From assembly GCA_963771355.1 (NCBI GenBank), contig CAVYTA010000006.1:1024001-1088000 (forward strand): a stretch of DNA of 64,000 nt, in the 5' to 3' direction. Below are positions 33,242-43,234 of this stretch, in pieces. Position numbers and translations under genes: made by a program. Numbering within the stretch: the first letter of the stretch is position 1; each line of letters begins with the position of its first letter. This DNA is from an uncultured Candidatus Rokubacteria bacterium (lineage in GTDB: Bacteria; Methylomirabilota; Methylomirabilia; Rokubacteriales; CSP1-6). The notes under the pieces were generated by a model. It searched no databases, had not been told where the DNA came from, and worked only from the letters and a program-made list of their open reading frames with translations.

Positions 33242-33382
33242 CTGCGGCTCGCCCCGCTCGCTCCGCTCGCAAAGCATCTTCGTTTCCGCTCGCCTCGCCT
33301 TCGGCTGCGGCTCGCCCTCGCTCGCTCCGCTCGCAAAGCACTTTCGTTTCCGCTCGCCTCGCCTTCGGCTGCGGCTCGCCAA
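33242..33382. repeat. Intergenic tandem repeat, about 2.2 x 63-64 bp, immediately after the nrdJ stop
   Basis: Units start at 33242, 33305 and 33369 (ctgcggctcgcc...gctccgctcgcaaagca...cgtttccgctcgcctcgccttcgg). Confidence 0.92.
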
Positions 33383-35692
33383 TCAACATTCGTTGAAGCC
33401 GCAGGAGACGCACTTCTTGCAGCCTTCCTCGTAGATGAAGGTGGCCTGACCGCACTCGCGGCAGAGATCGCCGATCAACCGGCGGGGGCTCGACGACACC
33501 GAGGGGCCCGACGTCGCCCGCTCCCCCACGTGCTCGCTCAAGGTGCGCGCGAGAGCGTCGGGCAGCGAGAGGATCTTCGAGGCGCCGAAGCCGGTCGGCT
33601 GGCCGCCGCCGATTCGCGAGAGCTGGCTCACCACTTCGTCGACGCGGCGGCGCGGGGACAGCGGCGAGGGCAGCCGTAGGATCAGCGACACGAGCCGGCC
33701 CAGCGCCTCGGCCACCGCCATGGTGTCCGTGCCCGCCTTGCCCACCTGGACGAAGACCTCGAAGGGATCACCGCCCGGGGTGTCGTTGACGGTGATGAAC
33801 GCGGTGCCGATGGGCGTCTCCATCCGATAGGTCGCGCCGGGAAGGCTGTGCGGCCGCGGCTTGACCACGCGGTCCGGCGGCCCGGCGGCCCCCGCCTCGC
33901 TCTGCCCCACCCCCACGTGCAGCACCTGGCTGCCCTTGCTCCCGTCGCGGAATACCGTGATCCCGAGACAGCCCTCCTGCCAGGCGAGGAGATAAGCCTG
34001 CGCCACGTCGTCCTCGGTGGCGTCGTGCGGGAGATTGATGGTCTTGGACACCCCGTTGTCCGTCTGCTTCTGGAAGGCCGCCTGATGCCGCACGTGCCAG
34101 CGATAGTCGATGTCGTGGGCGGTCTTGAAGACCGCGCGCACCGACTCGTCGATGCCGGGGACGTCCTGCACCGAACCGTGCCGCACCACCTCCGCCATGA
34201 GCGCGTCGGAGTGGAACCCCCGCGCGCGCGCCAGGCGCTCGAAGGTCTCGCTGACGAAAGGCAGCACCCGCTCGCCTTCCGGACCCGGCACCCGGTGCTC
34301 GAAGGCCAGCGCGAACAGGGGCTCGATGCCCGACGAGCAGCCGGCGATCATCGAGATGGTACCGGTGGGCGCGATGGTGGTGACGTTGGAGTTCCGAAGC
34401 GGGCGGCCCGCGCGGTAAATCGACCGCGGGAAGTTCGGGAAGGGGCCGCGCTCCTCTGCCAGCCGCGCCGACTGGTCATGCCCCTTCTCCTGGATGAACC
34501 CCATGAGACGCTCGGCCAGCGCGAGCGCTTCCTCGCTGTCGTACGGGATGCTCAGCAGGAAGAGCAGGTCCGCCCAGCCCATGATGCCCAGGCCGATCCG
34601 GCGATTGGCCTTCACGGTGGCGGCGATCTGCGGCAGCGGGTAGGGATTGACCTCGATCACGTCGTCAAGGAACCGCACCGCCAGCCGCACCACCCGCTCG
34701 AGCTCGTCCCAGTCGATTTCGGGGCGGCTGCCGGCGGGGGCCTCGCGGACGAAGCGCGCGACGTTGATCGACCCGAGATTGCACGCGTCCCAGGGCGGCA
34801 AGCTCTGCTCGCCACACGGATTGGTCGCCTCGATGTTCGTGAGCTCCGGGGTGGGATTGGCCGGGCTCGCGTTGATGCGGTCCAGGAACACGAGCCCGGG
34901 ATCTCCCGTGCGCCACGCGGCGCGGACTATTCGCTGGAAGACGTCGCGCGCGGCGAGTCGGCCCGCCACCTGCCCGTCCCGCGGGTTCACCAGGTCGTAG
35001 TCGCCGCCCGCGATCAGGGCGTCCATGAAGGCTTCCGTCGCGCCGACCGAGATATTGAAGTTGCTCACGCCGCCCTCGAGCTTGCACTCGATGAACTCGA
35101 GGATGTCGGGATGATCCACGCGGAGCACGCCCATGTTGGCCCCGCGGCGCATTCCGCCTTGGCGCACCGCCTCCGTGGCCGCGTTGAACACGCGCAGGAA
35201 TGACACCGGCCCGGAGGCGCGCCCGCCCGTGGAACGGACGATGTCGTTCTTCGGCCGGAGCCGCGAGAAGGCGAAGCCGGTGCCGCCGCCCGACTGCTGG
35301 ATGATGGCGGCGGCCTTGATGGACTCGAAGATCTCCTCCATCGAGTCGCCGACGGGGAGCACGTAGCAGGCCGAGTACTGGAGGTGGTTCCCCTTGCCCG
35401 CGTTCATCAGGGTGGGCGAGTTGGGGAGGAAGTACCCATCGACCATCATCTCGTAGAATGCCGTGGCGATCTCGCGCTGGGCCGCGGCGGTTCGTCCGAA
35501 GCGTCCCTCCGCCTCGGCGATAGCGCGCGCGACCCGCCAGCACATCTCCTCGGGGGTCTCGATCACCTCCCCCTGCTCACGGGTCAGATACCGCTCCCGC
35601 AGCACCCGGAGCGCCGCCTCGCTCCAGCGACCGGTCCGGGCGGGGCGTGACTCGTATCCCAGTGTCTTCTCTACCACTGTCGTCTCCTCCAT
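33383..35692 (-). CDS. nrdJ: Class II (adenosylcobalamin) ribonucleotide reductase with fused C-terminal TSCPD/Zn-ribbon region
   Basis: PNSPTLMN, SACYV, RRGANM, NPCGEQ, TTIAPTG, terminal CREC...CKKCVSCGFNEC. Confidence 0.95.
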   Translation of the reverse strand: MEETTVVEKTLGYESRPARTGRWSEAALRVLRERYLTREQGEVIETPEEMCWRVARAIAEAEGRFGRTAAAQREIATAFYEMMVDGYFLPNSPTLMNAGKGNHLQYSACYVLPVGDSMEEIFESIKAAAIIQQSGGGTGFAFSRLRPKNDIVRSTGGRASGPVSFLRVFNAATEAVRQGGMRRGANMGVLRVDHPDILEFIECKLEGGVSNFNISVGATEAFMDALIAGGDYDLVNPRDGQVAGRLAARDVFQRIVRAAWRTGDPGLVFLDRINASPANPTPELTNIEATNPCGEQSLPPWDACNLGSINVARFVREAPAGSRPEIDWDELERVVRLAVRFLDDVIEVNPYPLPQIAATVKANRRIGLGIMGWADLLFLLSIPYDSEEALALAERLMGFIQEKGHDQSARLAEERGPFPNFPRSIYRAGRPLRNSNVTTIAPTGTISMIAGCSSGIEPLFALAFEHRVPGPEGERVLPFVSETFERLARARGFHSDALMAEVVRHGSVQDVPGIDESVRAVFKTAHDIDYRWHVRHQAAFQKQTDNGVSKTINLPHDATEDDVAQAYLLAWQEGCLGITVFRDGSKGSQVLHVGVGQSEAGAAGPPDRVVKPRPHSLPGATYRMETPIGTAFITVNDTPGGDPFEVFVQVGKAGTDTMAVAEALGRLVSLILRLPSPLSPRRRVDEVVSQLSRIGGGQPTGFGASKILSLPDALARTLSEHVGERATSGPSVSSSPRRLIGDLCRECGQATFIYEEGCKKCVSCGFNEC

Positions 35693-35886
35693 GGGCCTCT
35701 GCCCGGCCACTACGGGCGGCAGTGTCTGTAGAATAACACACGGCCTATGGGGGTGGGAACGATTTTTCCTAGGAATAATACTACTTTGCGCGCGTCTGAA
35801 GAACCGATAGAATGCGACGTTATGGTCCTCAGGCACGCGCCGAATCCCGTCGTGTTCTCGGGTTCGCGACGGAGAATCGCACCGCC

Positions 35887-36387
35887 ATGCAAGGCCTGAG
35901 ACGCTACCGCGTCGGTCTCGCGCTGGTCGTCCTCGCGGTGGTCTTGGGCTTCCTGGTCTTCTACCGCCTCAAGGATCAGCAAGCGCGCGCCGTCCAGCAG
36001 GCCGCGATCTTCTCCAAGGTTTCCGGTTATATCCGGCGGGTGCCCGCGGACCGCGGCGACTTCGTCAAGGAGGGCCAGCTTCTCGCCGAGATCGACGACC
36101 AGGAGCTTCAAGCCCAGGTCGAGCAGGCGCGCGCCGGGCTCCTCACGGGCCAGGCCAGCCATCAGATGGTTCGCTCCACCCTGGACGGCAATCGGGCCAA
36201 TCTCGAGAATGAGCGGGCCTACCTCGTCAACGCTCGGGCCGTGGCCGCGGTGATCGGCGGCCTCGCCCTCTCGACCGTCTTCACCCTCATCCTCATTCCC
36301 ACGCTCTACGTCATGGTGGAGACGCGCTTCCCGCGTCGCGTGGAGACCCGGGAGCTCTCGCTCACGCCTCAAGGAGAATCCGCATGA
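35887..36387 (+). pseudogene. Chimeric remnant: N-terminus of an RND membrane fusion protein joined in frame to the last TM of an RND transporter
   Basis: IFSKVSGYIRRVPADRGDFVKEGQLLAEID (MFP lipoyl half) followed by AVIGGLALSTVFTLILIPTLY (AcrB/CzcA TM12 pattern). Confidence 0.8.
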
Positions 36388-37811
36388 TCAGCCTTGCCTC
36401 GCGCATCCTGGCGGCCTTCGTCCTCGCGGCGCAGCTGTTGCCCGCGTCGGCGACGGCCCAGCCCACCGCTGCCGACCCCATGGCGCCGCGGCAGCCGCTC
36501 ACCGCGCCCGGCGCTATCCGGGCCTTTCCCACGCCGGTGGAGGTCTCCACCCGCGAGCTCTCCCTGGGCGAGGCGGTCCGCATCGCGCTGGACAATGCCC
36601 CGGTGATCATCCAGCGGTTCGGGGAATACGCGGCGGCGCAACAGCGTATCGATCAGGCCTTCTCGGCCATGCTCCCGCAGCTGGGCTTCTTCGGCCAGGT
36701 GAATCGGTCCGACGAGAGTGCGCGCGTGTTCAGAGGTTCCGGCTCCTCGACCAGCACCAGGACCGACACCCCCGCGCCCGGGAGCGCACGACTCAGCCTC
36801 TCGCAGATGCTGTTCGATTTCGGGCGCACCTGGGCCGCCACCGACGCCGCCAAGGCCAACTCGGATACCGCCCGGGAGCAGGTGGAGCTGCAGAAGGACC
36901 TGATCGTCCTCACCGTGAAGGAGCAGTACTTCCTGCAGCTGCTCAGCGGCCGTCTGGTCGTCGTCAGCGTCCAGGCGGTGGACCGGGCGGAGCTGAACCT
37001 CAAGAGCGCCAAGGGCTTCTACGATGTAGGCACGCGCCCCAAGTTCGACGTGACCCGCGCGGAGGTGGACGTGGCCAATGCCCGCGTCAACTTGATCCGG
37101 GCCCAGAACGCGGTGAGCCTGGCCCGCATCGGCCTCAACCAGGCCATGGGCATCGCCATCAATGCCCCCACGCGCGTCAAGGACATCCTCGGCTACGAGG
37201 CGGTGACGTTCGACCGCGAGACCCTGGTGTCGGAGGCGCTCAAGCAGCGGCCCGAATACAAGCAGGCCCGGCTCCAAGCCGAGGCCGCCGAGGCCACGGT
37301 GCGGCAGACCTTCCGTGACTTCTTCCCGAATCTCTTCGGGGTCACCTCGGCGGGGGCGGGGCGCTCGGACGTCGACTCCCGGGGATCCATCCTCAACCCC
37401 AACGGCAATTCCACCCTCGAGTCCAAGGACTGGCAGATCGGGCTCGAGCTCCGCTGGAACATCTTCGACGGCGGCAACAAGATCGCCCGGTACCGGGAGA
37501 CCAAGGCTCTCCTGGAGGCCGCGCAGGCGGGGGTGCGGGACACCGAGCTCCAGGTCTGGCAGCAGGTCGAGCAGGCGCACGTCAACGTGGTGGAGGCAGA
37601 GGAGCGCATCGGCGCCGCCCAGAAAGCGGTGGAGTCGGCCCAGGAGAACTTCCGGCTCAGCCAGGGACGTTTCGACGCCGGCGTCGGGACCATCATCGAG
37701 CTGACCGACGCCCAGCTCGCGCTGACCCAGGCCCAGGCCACCGAGGCGCAGGCGCTCTCCGACTACAAGATCTCGATCGCCCGGCTCGAGCGCTCTCTCG
37801 GGCGCCGCTAG
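36384..37811 (+). CDS. TolC-family outer membrane efflux protein
   Basis: Signal peptide, LSLGEAVRIALDN, LFDFG, IFDGG, RFDAGVGTIIELTDAQ. Confidence 0.93.
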   Translation: MISLASRILAAFVLAAQLLPASATAQPTAADPMAPRQPLTAPGAIRAFPTPVEVSTRELSLGEAVRIALDNAPVIIQRFGEYAAAQQRIDQAFSAMLPQLGFFGQVNRSDESARVFRGSGSSTSTRTDTPAPGSARLSLSQMLFDFGRTWAATDAAKANSDTAREQVELQKDLIVLTVKEQYFLQLLSGRLVVVSVQAVDRAELNLKSAKGFYDVGTRPKFDVTRAEVDVANARVNLIRAQNAVSLARIGLNQAMGIAINAPTRVKDILGYEAVTFDRETLVSEALKQRPEYKQARLQAEAAEATVRQTFRDFFPNLFGVTSAGAGRSDVDSRGSILNPNGNSTLESKDWQIGLELRWNIFDGGNKIARYRETKALLEAAQAGVRDTELQVWQQVEQAHVNVVEAEERIGAAQKAVESAQENFRLSQGRFDAGVGTIIELTDAQLALTQAQATEAQALSDYKISIARLERSLGRR

Positions 37812-37872
37812 CGCCCGCCTCCGCGGGGGAATATCCTGTAAACATGGGCGCCTGGGGGTACGTCTCACCGGT

Positions 37873-39552
37873 ATGAAGCGACGGCTGGTCTGGATGGCGC
37901 TGGTCCTCGTGCTCGCGGCAGGCCTGACCGGGGCCTATCTCTACAGCCAGAGCGGCGGGAGCGCACCGCGCTTCCGCACCGCCCCCGTCAGCCGCGGCCC
38001 CGTCACCGCGTCCATCGCCACCACCGGGAATCTCAACGCGGTGATCACGGTCCAGGTGGGCTCCCAGGTCTCGGGCCAGGTCCGGGAGCTGTTCGCGGAC
38101 TTCAACTCCGAGGTGAAGCGCGGCCAGCTCATCGCGCGCATCGACCCCGCCACCTTCGAGGCCAAGGTGGCCCAGGTGCGGGCGGAGCTGGATTCGGCAG
38201 AGGCCACCGTGCTCAACCAGCGCGCCCAGGTGGAGCGCGCCCGCGCCGATGTCGACAACGCGCGGGCGGCCCTGGCGAGCGCGCATGCCCAGACGGCCAA
38301 GTCCAGCTCCGCCCTCCTCGAGGCGCGCCGGGACCTCGCGCGCAAGAACGATCTGTTCCGCCAGGAGCTGATCGCCCGCAGCGACCTCGACACCGCCCAG
38401 GCCGTGCACGACCAGGCGTCGGCGCAGCTCGAGTCGGGCCGGGCGCAGGAGCAGGCGCTGGCCTCCGCGATCAAGGCCTCCGAGGCCCAGCTCAAGGTCA
38501 CCGAGGCCCAGGTCAAGAGCGCGGAGGCGGCGGTGCGCCAGAAGCAGGCCGCGCTCCAGCAGTCGCAGGTGGACCTCGAGTACACGTCCATCCGGGCGCC
38601 CGTGGACGGCACCGTCATCTCGCGGACCGTGGATGTGGGCCAGACGGTAGCGGCGAGCCTGCAGGCACCCACGCTCTTCACCATCGCCCAGGACCTGACC
38701 AAGATGCAGATCGACACCAACGTGGACGAGGCCGACATCGGCCGCACCCAGGTGGGCCAGCGGGTGACGTTCACGGTGGACTCGTTCCCGAACGAGACCT
38801 TCAACGGTCAGGTGGTGCAGATCCGGAAGGCATCACGCACCGTGCAGAACGTGGTCACCTACAACGTGGTGATCGCGGTGGCCAACCCCGAGCTGAAGCT
38901 CCTTCCGGGTATGACCGCCAACGTCCGCGTGGTCACCAGCACCCGGCCGGACGTGCTCCGCGTGGCCAACGCGGCGCTCCGCTATCGCCCGCCGGGCGAG
39001 GAGCCCGCGCCCACCGGCGCCGCCGCGCCCACCGGCCCCGGCGGGACGCCCTTCCAGCGTCCGCCCCCGCCCTCCCTCGAGGAGACCAAGGCGCGGCTGA
39101 CCAAGGAGCTCAAGCTCACCGACGAGCAGCAGAAGAAGCTCGAGCCCATCCTGGAGGAGTCGCGGTCGCAGTTCACTTCGCTGAACCGCGTCCCCCAGGA
39201 GCAGCGGCGTGCCGCCGCCACGCGCATCCGGGAGGAATCGCGCCAGAAGATTCGCGCGCTGCTCACGCCCGAGCAACAGGCGATCTTCGACCAGCTGCCC
39301 CAGGGGCAGTCCGGGCGCGGCGGAGGCCAGGCGGGGCGCGTCTGGGTGCTCGGCCCCGATGGCAAGCCGACCGCAGTGTCCATCCGCCTCGGGATCAGCG
39401 ACGGCAATGCCACGGAAGTGGTGGGAGGGGAGCTGAAAGAAGGCCAGGAAGTGCTGGTGGGCACGCTCGCCGCGGGCAACGCCGGCGCTCGCCCCTCCGG
39501 GCCGGCCTCCCCGCCGCCGCAACCGCAGACCGGCCCCCGCATGCGCCTCTAG
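37873..39552 (+). CDS. MacA-like membrane fusion protein with inserted LTxxQ helical module
   Basis: VQVGSQVSG, IRAPVDGTVI, GQTVAASLQAPTLF, LLPGMTANV. Confidence 0.93.
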   Translation: MKRRLVWMALVLVLAAGLTGAYLYSQSGGSAPRFRTAPVSRGPVTASIATTGNLNAVITVQVGSQVSGQVRELFADFNSEVKRGQLIARIDPATFEAKVAQVRAELDSAEATVLNQRAQVERARADVDNARAALASAHAQTAKSSSALLEARRDLARKNDLFRQELIARSDLDTAQAVHDQASAQLESGRAQEQALASAIKASEAQLKVTEAQVKSAEAAVRQKQAALQQSQVDLEYTSIRAPVDGTVISRTVDVGQTVAASLQAPTLFTIAQDLTKMQIDTNVDEADIGRTQVGQRVTFTVDSFPNETFNGQVVQIRKASRTVQNVVTYNVVIAVANPELKLLPGMTANVRVVTSTRPDVLRVANAALRYRPPGEEPAPTGAAAPTGPGGTPFQRPPPPSLEETKARLTKELKLTDEQQKKLEPILEESRSQFTSLNRVPQEQRRAAATRIREESRQKIRALLTPEQQAIFDQLPQGQSGRGGGQAGRVWVLGPDGKPTAVSIRLGISDGNATEVVGGELKEGQEVLVGTLAAGNAGARPSGPASPPPQPQTGPRMRL

Positions 39553-39561
39553 CGCGGCGCC

Positions 39562-40326
39562 ATGCTCATCGACGTCCAGGATCTGGCCAAGGACTATCGG
39601 ATGGGCGCCCAGACCGTCCACGCGCTCCGCGGGGTCACGCTCACAATACGGGCCGGGGAGTTCGTGGCGGTGATGGGCCCCTCGGGCTCCGGGAAGTCCA
39701 CCTTCATGAACCTGCTGGGCTGCCTGGACGGACCCACCGCGGGCCGCTACCTCCTGGACGGCCAGGACGTCTCCGGGTTGGGCGCCTCCGCGCTCGCCCG
39801 CGTCCGCAACCAGAAGATCGGCTTCGTCTTCCAGGGCTTCAATCTGCTCGCCCGGACGAGCGCGCTGGAAAACGTGGAGCTCCCCCTCCTGTACGGCAGC
39901 CTGTCCTCGGCGGAGCGCCGAGCCCGGGCCAACCACACCCTCGAGGCGGTGGGACTCAGCGATCGCGCCGACCACCAGCCCAGCCAGCTCTCGGGCGGCC
40001 AGCAGCAGCGGGTGGCCATCGCCCGCGCCCTGGTGAACACGCCGGCCCTCATCCTGGCTGACGAGCCCACCGGCAACCTCGACACGCGGACCAGCGTCGA
40101 GATCATGGCGCTGCTCCAGACCCTGAATCGCCAGGGCATCACGGTCGTCCTGGTCACGCACGAGCGCGACATCGCGGAGTACGCCACCCGCGTCATCTAC
40201 TTCCGCGACGGCCGACTGCAGCGCGACGAGCGGAATGCGCAGCCCCGCGACGCCCAGGCCGAGCTGCGAGACCTGCCGCCCGCCGACGATGAGGCGGCCT
40301 CCCCGGCGTCGGAGGCGGCGGCATGA
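39562..40326 (+). CDS. ABC ATP-binding protein (MacB/LolD type)
   Basis: [27 protein letters not shown]. Confidence 0.95.
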   Translation: MLIDVQDLAKDYRMGAQTVHALRGVTLTIRAGEFVAVMGPSGSGKSTFMNLLGCLDGPTAGRYLLDGQDVSGLGASALARVRNQKIGFVFQGFNLLARTSALENVELPLLYGSLSSAERRARANHTLEAVGLSDRADHQPSQLSGGQQQRVAIARALVNTPALILADEPTGNLDTRTSVEIMALLQTLNRQGITVVLVTHERDIAEYATRVIYFRDGRLQRDERNAQPRDAQAELRDLPPADDEAASPASEAAA

Positions 40327-41556
40327 ACCTCCTCGTCTGCGCTCGGGTCGCCCTGCGCGCCCTGCGCGTGAATCCCCTGCGGAGCGCGCTCACCATGCTC
40401 GGCATCATCATCGGGGTGGGCGCGGTCATCGCCATGGTCTCGGTCGGCGCGGGCGCCCAGGCCCGCGTGGCCGAGCAGATCCGCGCCCTCGGCTCCAATC
40501 TCATCCTCATCCTGCCCGGCAGCGTGGCCACCACCGGGGTGCGGCTGGGCTTCGGCACCCGGCCGAGCATCACCCAGGAGGACGCCGTCGCCATCGCGCG
40601 CGAGGTGGGGTCCATTCAGGCCACCGCGCCGAGCGTGCGCGGCCGCGACCAGGTGATCTGGGGCAATACCAACTGGTCCACCGCCATCCAGGGCACCACC
40701 CCGGACTACGAAGAGGCCCGGCAGTGGCTGGTAGCCTCGGGCCGGTGGTTCAACCAGGAGGAGGCCGACGGCGCCGCCAAGGTTGTCCTCCTGGGCCAGA
40801 CCGTGGCGGAGAACGTCTTCGGCGGCGCCGACCCCGTGGGCGCGGTGGTGCGCGTGGCGGGCGTCCCGCTCACCGTGGTGGGCGTGCTCGAACGCAAGGG
40901 CCAGTCGAGCTGGGGCCAGGACCAGGACGACGTGGTGTTCATTCCCATCTGGACCGCCAACAAGCGGGTGCTGGGCCCGACCAAGCCGTCCGCCACCTCG
41001 GTGAACGCGATCACCGTCCGCGTGCGTGACGGCGAGAGCATGAAGGTGGCCGAGCAGGAGATCCGCGACCTTCTCCGCCAGCGGCACAAGCTGCAGGGCT
41101 ATCAGGAGGACGATTTCTGGATCCGCAACCTGTCCGAGATGCTCCAGGCCGAGGAGGCCTCGTCGCGGGTGCTCACCATGCTGCTGGCGGCGATCGCCTC
41201 GGTGTCCCTCATGGTGGGCGGCATCGGGATCATGAACATCATGCTGGTCTCGGTCACCGAGCGCACCCGTGAGATCGGCCTCCGCATGGCGGTGGGCGCC
41301 CGCGGCCGGGACATCCGGACCCAGTTCCTCGTGGAGGCGGTCACCCTCTCCCTCACCGGCGGCCTCATCGGCATCGCCATCGGGCTCGGCGGGATCCTAC
41401 GCCATCGCCTACTTCGCCGAGTGGCGGATCCTCATCAATCCCGAGGCCATCCTCCTCGCCTTCGGCTTCTCCGCCACGGTGGGCATCTTCTTCGGCTTCT
41501 ATCCCGCGCAGAAGGCCTCGCAGCTCAACCCCATCGAGGCCCTGAGATACGAATGA
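40323..41556 (+). CDS. MacB/FtsX-type ABC permease copy 1, +1 frameshift near 41392 (pseudogene or sequencing error)
   Basis: [34 protein letters not shown]. The tail SYAIAY...PIEALRYE is in the next frame; offset to copy 2 changes from 1277 to 1276. Confidence 0.88.
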
Positions 41557-41599
41557 CGGGACGCCGCCGTCGTTCCCGCGGGGCGCCGGGGCTCGCGGC

Positions 41600-42832
41600 G
41601 TGATCGTCCTCTCCTCGATTCGCATCGCGCTCCGCGCCCTGCGGGTGAATCCCCTCCGCAGCTCGCTCACCATGCTGGGCATCATCATCGGCGTGGGCGC
41701 GGTCATCGCCATGGTGTCGGTGGGCGCGGGCGCCCAGGCCCGCGTGGCCGAGCAGATCCGCGCGCTCGGCTCGAACCTCATCCTCATCCTCCCCGGCTTT
41801 TCCAATCAAGGCGGCGTCCGGCTGGGCTCGGGCACGCGCCCCACCATCACCAGCGAGGACACCGCGGCGATCCTCCGGGAGATCCCCTCCGTGCAGGCGG
41901 CGGCGCCCTCGGTGCGGGGCCGCGATCAGGTGATCTGGGGGAACACCAACTGGTCCACCAATATCCAGGGAACCAATGTCGACTACGAGGAGGCGCGCCA
42001 GTGGCCCGCCGCCTCCGGCCGCTGGTTCACGGTGGAGGAGTTCGAGGCGGGCGCCAAGGTGGTGCTGCTCGGCCAGACGGTGGTCGAGAACGTCTTCAAC
42101 GGCTCCGATCCCGAGGGTGCCGTGATCCGTGTCGCGGGCGTTCCCCTCACCGTCATCGGCGTGCTCGAGCGCAAGGGCCAGTCGAGCTGGGGCCAGGACC
42201 AGGACGATGTGATCGTCATCCCGCTCACCACCGCCAACCGACGGGTCATCGGCCCGCGCCAGCCGCTACCCACCTCGGTGAACGCCATCTCGGTCCGGGT
42301 GCGTGACGGCGAGAGCATGAAGGTCGCCGAGCAGGAGATCCGCGACCTTCTCCGCCAGCGGCACAAGCTGCAGGGCTATCAGGAGGACGACTTCTGGATG
42401 CGCAACCTGTCCGAGGTGCTCCAGGCCGAGGAGGCCTCGTCGCGGGTGCTCACCATGCTGCTGGCCGCCATCGCGTCGGTGGCGTTGATGGTGGGCGGCA
42501 TCGGGATCATGAACATCATGCTGGTCTCGGTCACCGAGCGCACCCGCGAGATCGGCCTCCGCATGGCGGTGGGCGCCCGCGGCCGGGACATCCGGACCCA
42601 GTTCCTCGTGGAGGCGGTCACCCTCTCCCTCACCGGGGGAATCGCGGGCATCGGGACCGGGCTCGCCGCCTCCTATGCCATCGCGTACTTCGCCGAGTGG
42701 CGGACCCTCATCCATCCCGAGGCGATCCTCCTCGCCTTCGGATTCTCCGCCGCGGTGGGCGTCTTCTTCGGCTTCTATCCCGCCCAGAAAGCCGCGCAGC
42801 TCAATCCCATCGAGGCCCTGAGGTACGAATGA
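41600..42832 (+). CDS. MacB/FtsX-type ABC permease copy 2
   Basis: Same motifs, intact, ends PIEALRYE. Confidence 0.95.
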   Translation: MIVLSSIRIALRALRVNPLRSSLTMLGIIIGVGAVIAMVSVGAGAQARVAEQIRALGSNLILILPGFSNQGGVRLGSGTRPTITSEDTAAILREIPSVQAAAPSVRGRDQVIWGNTNWSTNIQGTNVDYEEARQWPAASGRWFTVEEFEAGAKVVLLGQTVVENVFNGSDPEGAVIRVAGVPLTVIGVLERKGQSSWGQDQDDVIVIPLTTANRRVIGPRQPLPTSVNAISVRVRDGESMKVAEQEIRDLLRQRHKLQGYQEDDFWMRNLSEVLQAEEASSRVLTMLLAAIASVALMVGGIGIMNIMLVSVTERTREIGLRMAVGARGRDIRTQFLVEAVTLSLTGGIAGIGTGLAASYAIAYFAEWRTLIHPEAILLAFGFSAAVGVFFGFYPAQKAAQLNPIEALRYE

Positions 42833-43224
42833 TCCCACGCTCCGTCCGTTCCACCGCGACGCTGCTCGTCGCCCTCGCTCTCGGTGCGCCGCTTCTCGCG
42901 CCGCCCGTCCTCGCGCAAACCTATACGCCCCAGTCCGCCGCCGCGCTCAGCGTGACCTTCTCGGTCGAGCGCGTCGGCGGCGGACGGGTCATCCTCTTCG
43001 GCGATGTGCGCAACGGCTCCTCGTCTTCCTACGAGCGGGTGGTGCTCCTCGCCGAGGGGCTCGACGAGCAGGGCGCGGTGGTGAGCCGCGGGCGCGCCTA
43101 TGTCAGCGGCGTGGTGCCGGGGCGGGGCGCCGCGCCCTTCGAGGTCCGGATCCCGTCGGGCGGACGCGAAAAACGCTTCCGGGTCACCGTCGAGGCGTAC
43201 CAGATCGCCGGGCAGAGCCCCTGA
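42829..43224 (+). CDS. Secreted FxLYD-like beta-sandwich protein
   Basis: ATGA-coupled start, signal peptide, GDVRN...GLDEQGAVV...PFEV. Confidence 0.65.
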   Translation: MIPRSVRSTATLLVALALGAPLLAPPVLAQTYTPQSAAALSVTFSVERVGGGRVILFGDVRNGSSSSYERVVLLAEGLDEQGAVVSRGRAYVSGVVPGRGAAPFEVRIPSGGREKRFRVTVEAYQIAGQSP

Positions 43225-43234
43225 CCGGGGCGGT

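Noticed and set aside
33242..33382. CRISPR array
   Set aside because: Contiguous units with no unique spacers; no cas genes.
33383..35692. Intein in nrdJ
   Set aside because: Length of 769 aa and contiguous motifs leave no room; no splice motifs seen.
35693..35886. Cobalamin riboswitch or NrdR boxes upstream of nrdJ
   Set aside because: No B12-box or GCCACTG core, and no convincing NrdR palindrome by eye; just an AT-rich divergent promoter region.
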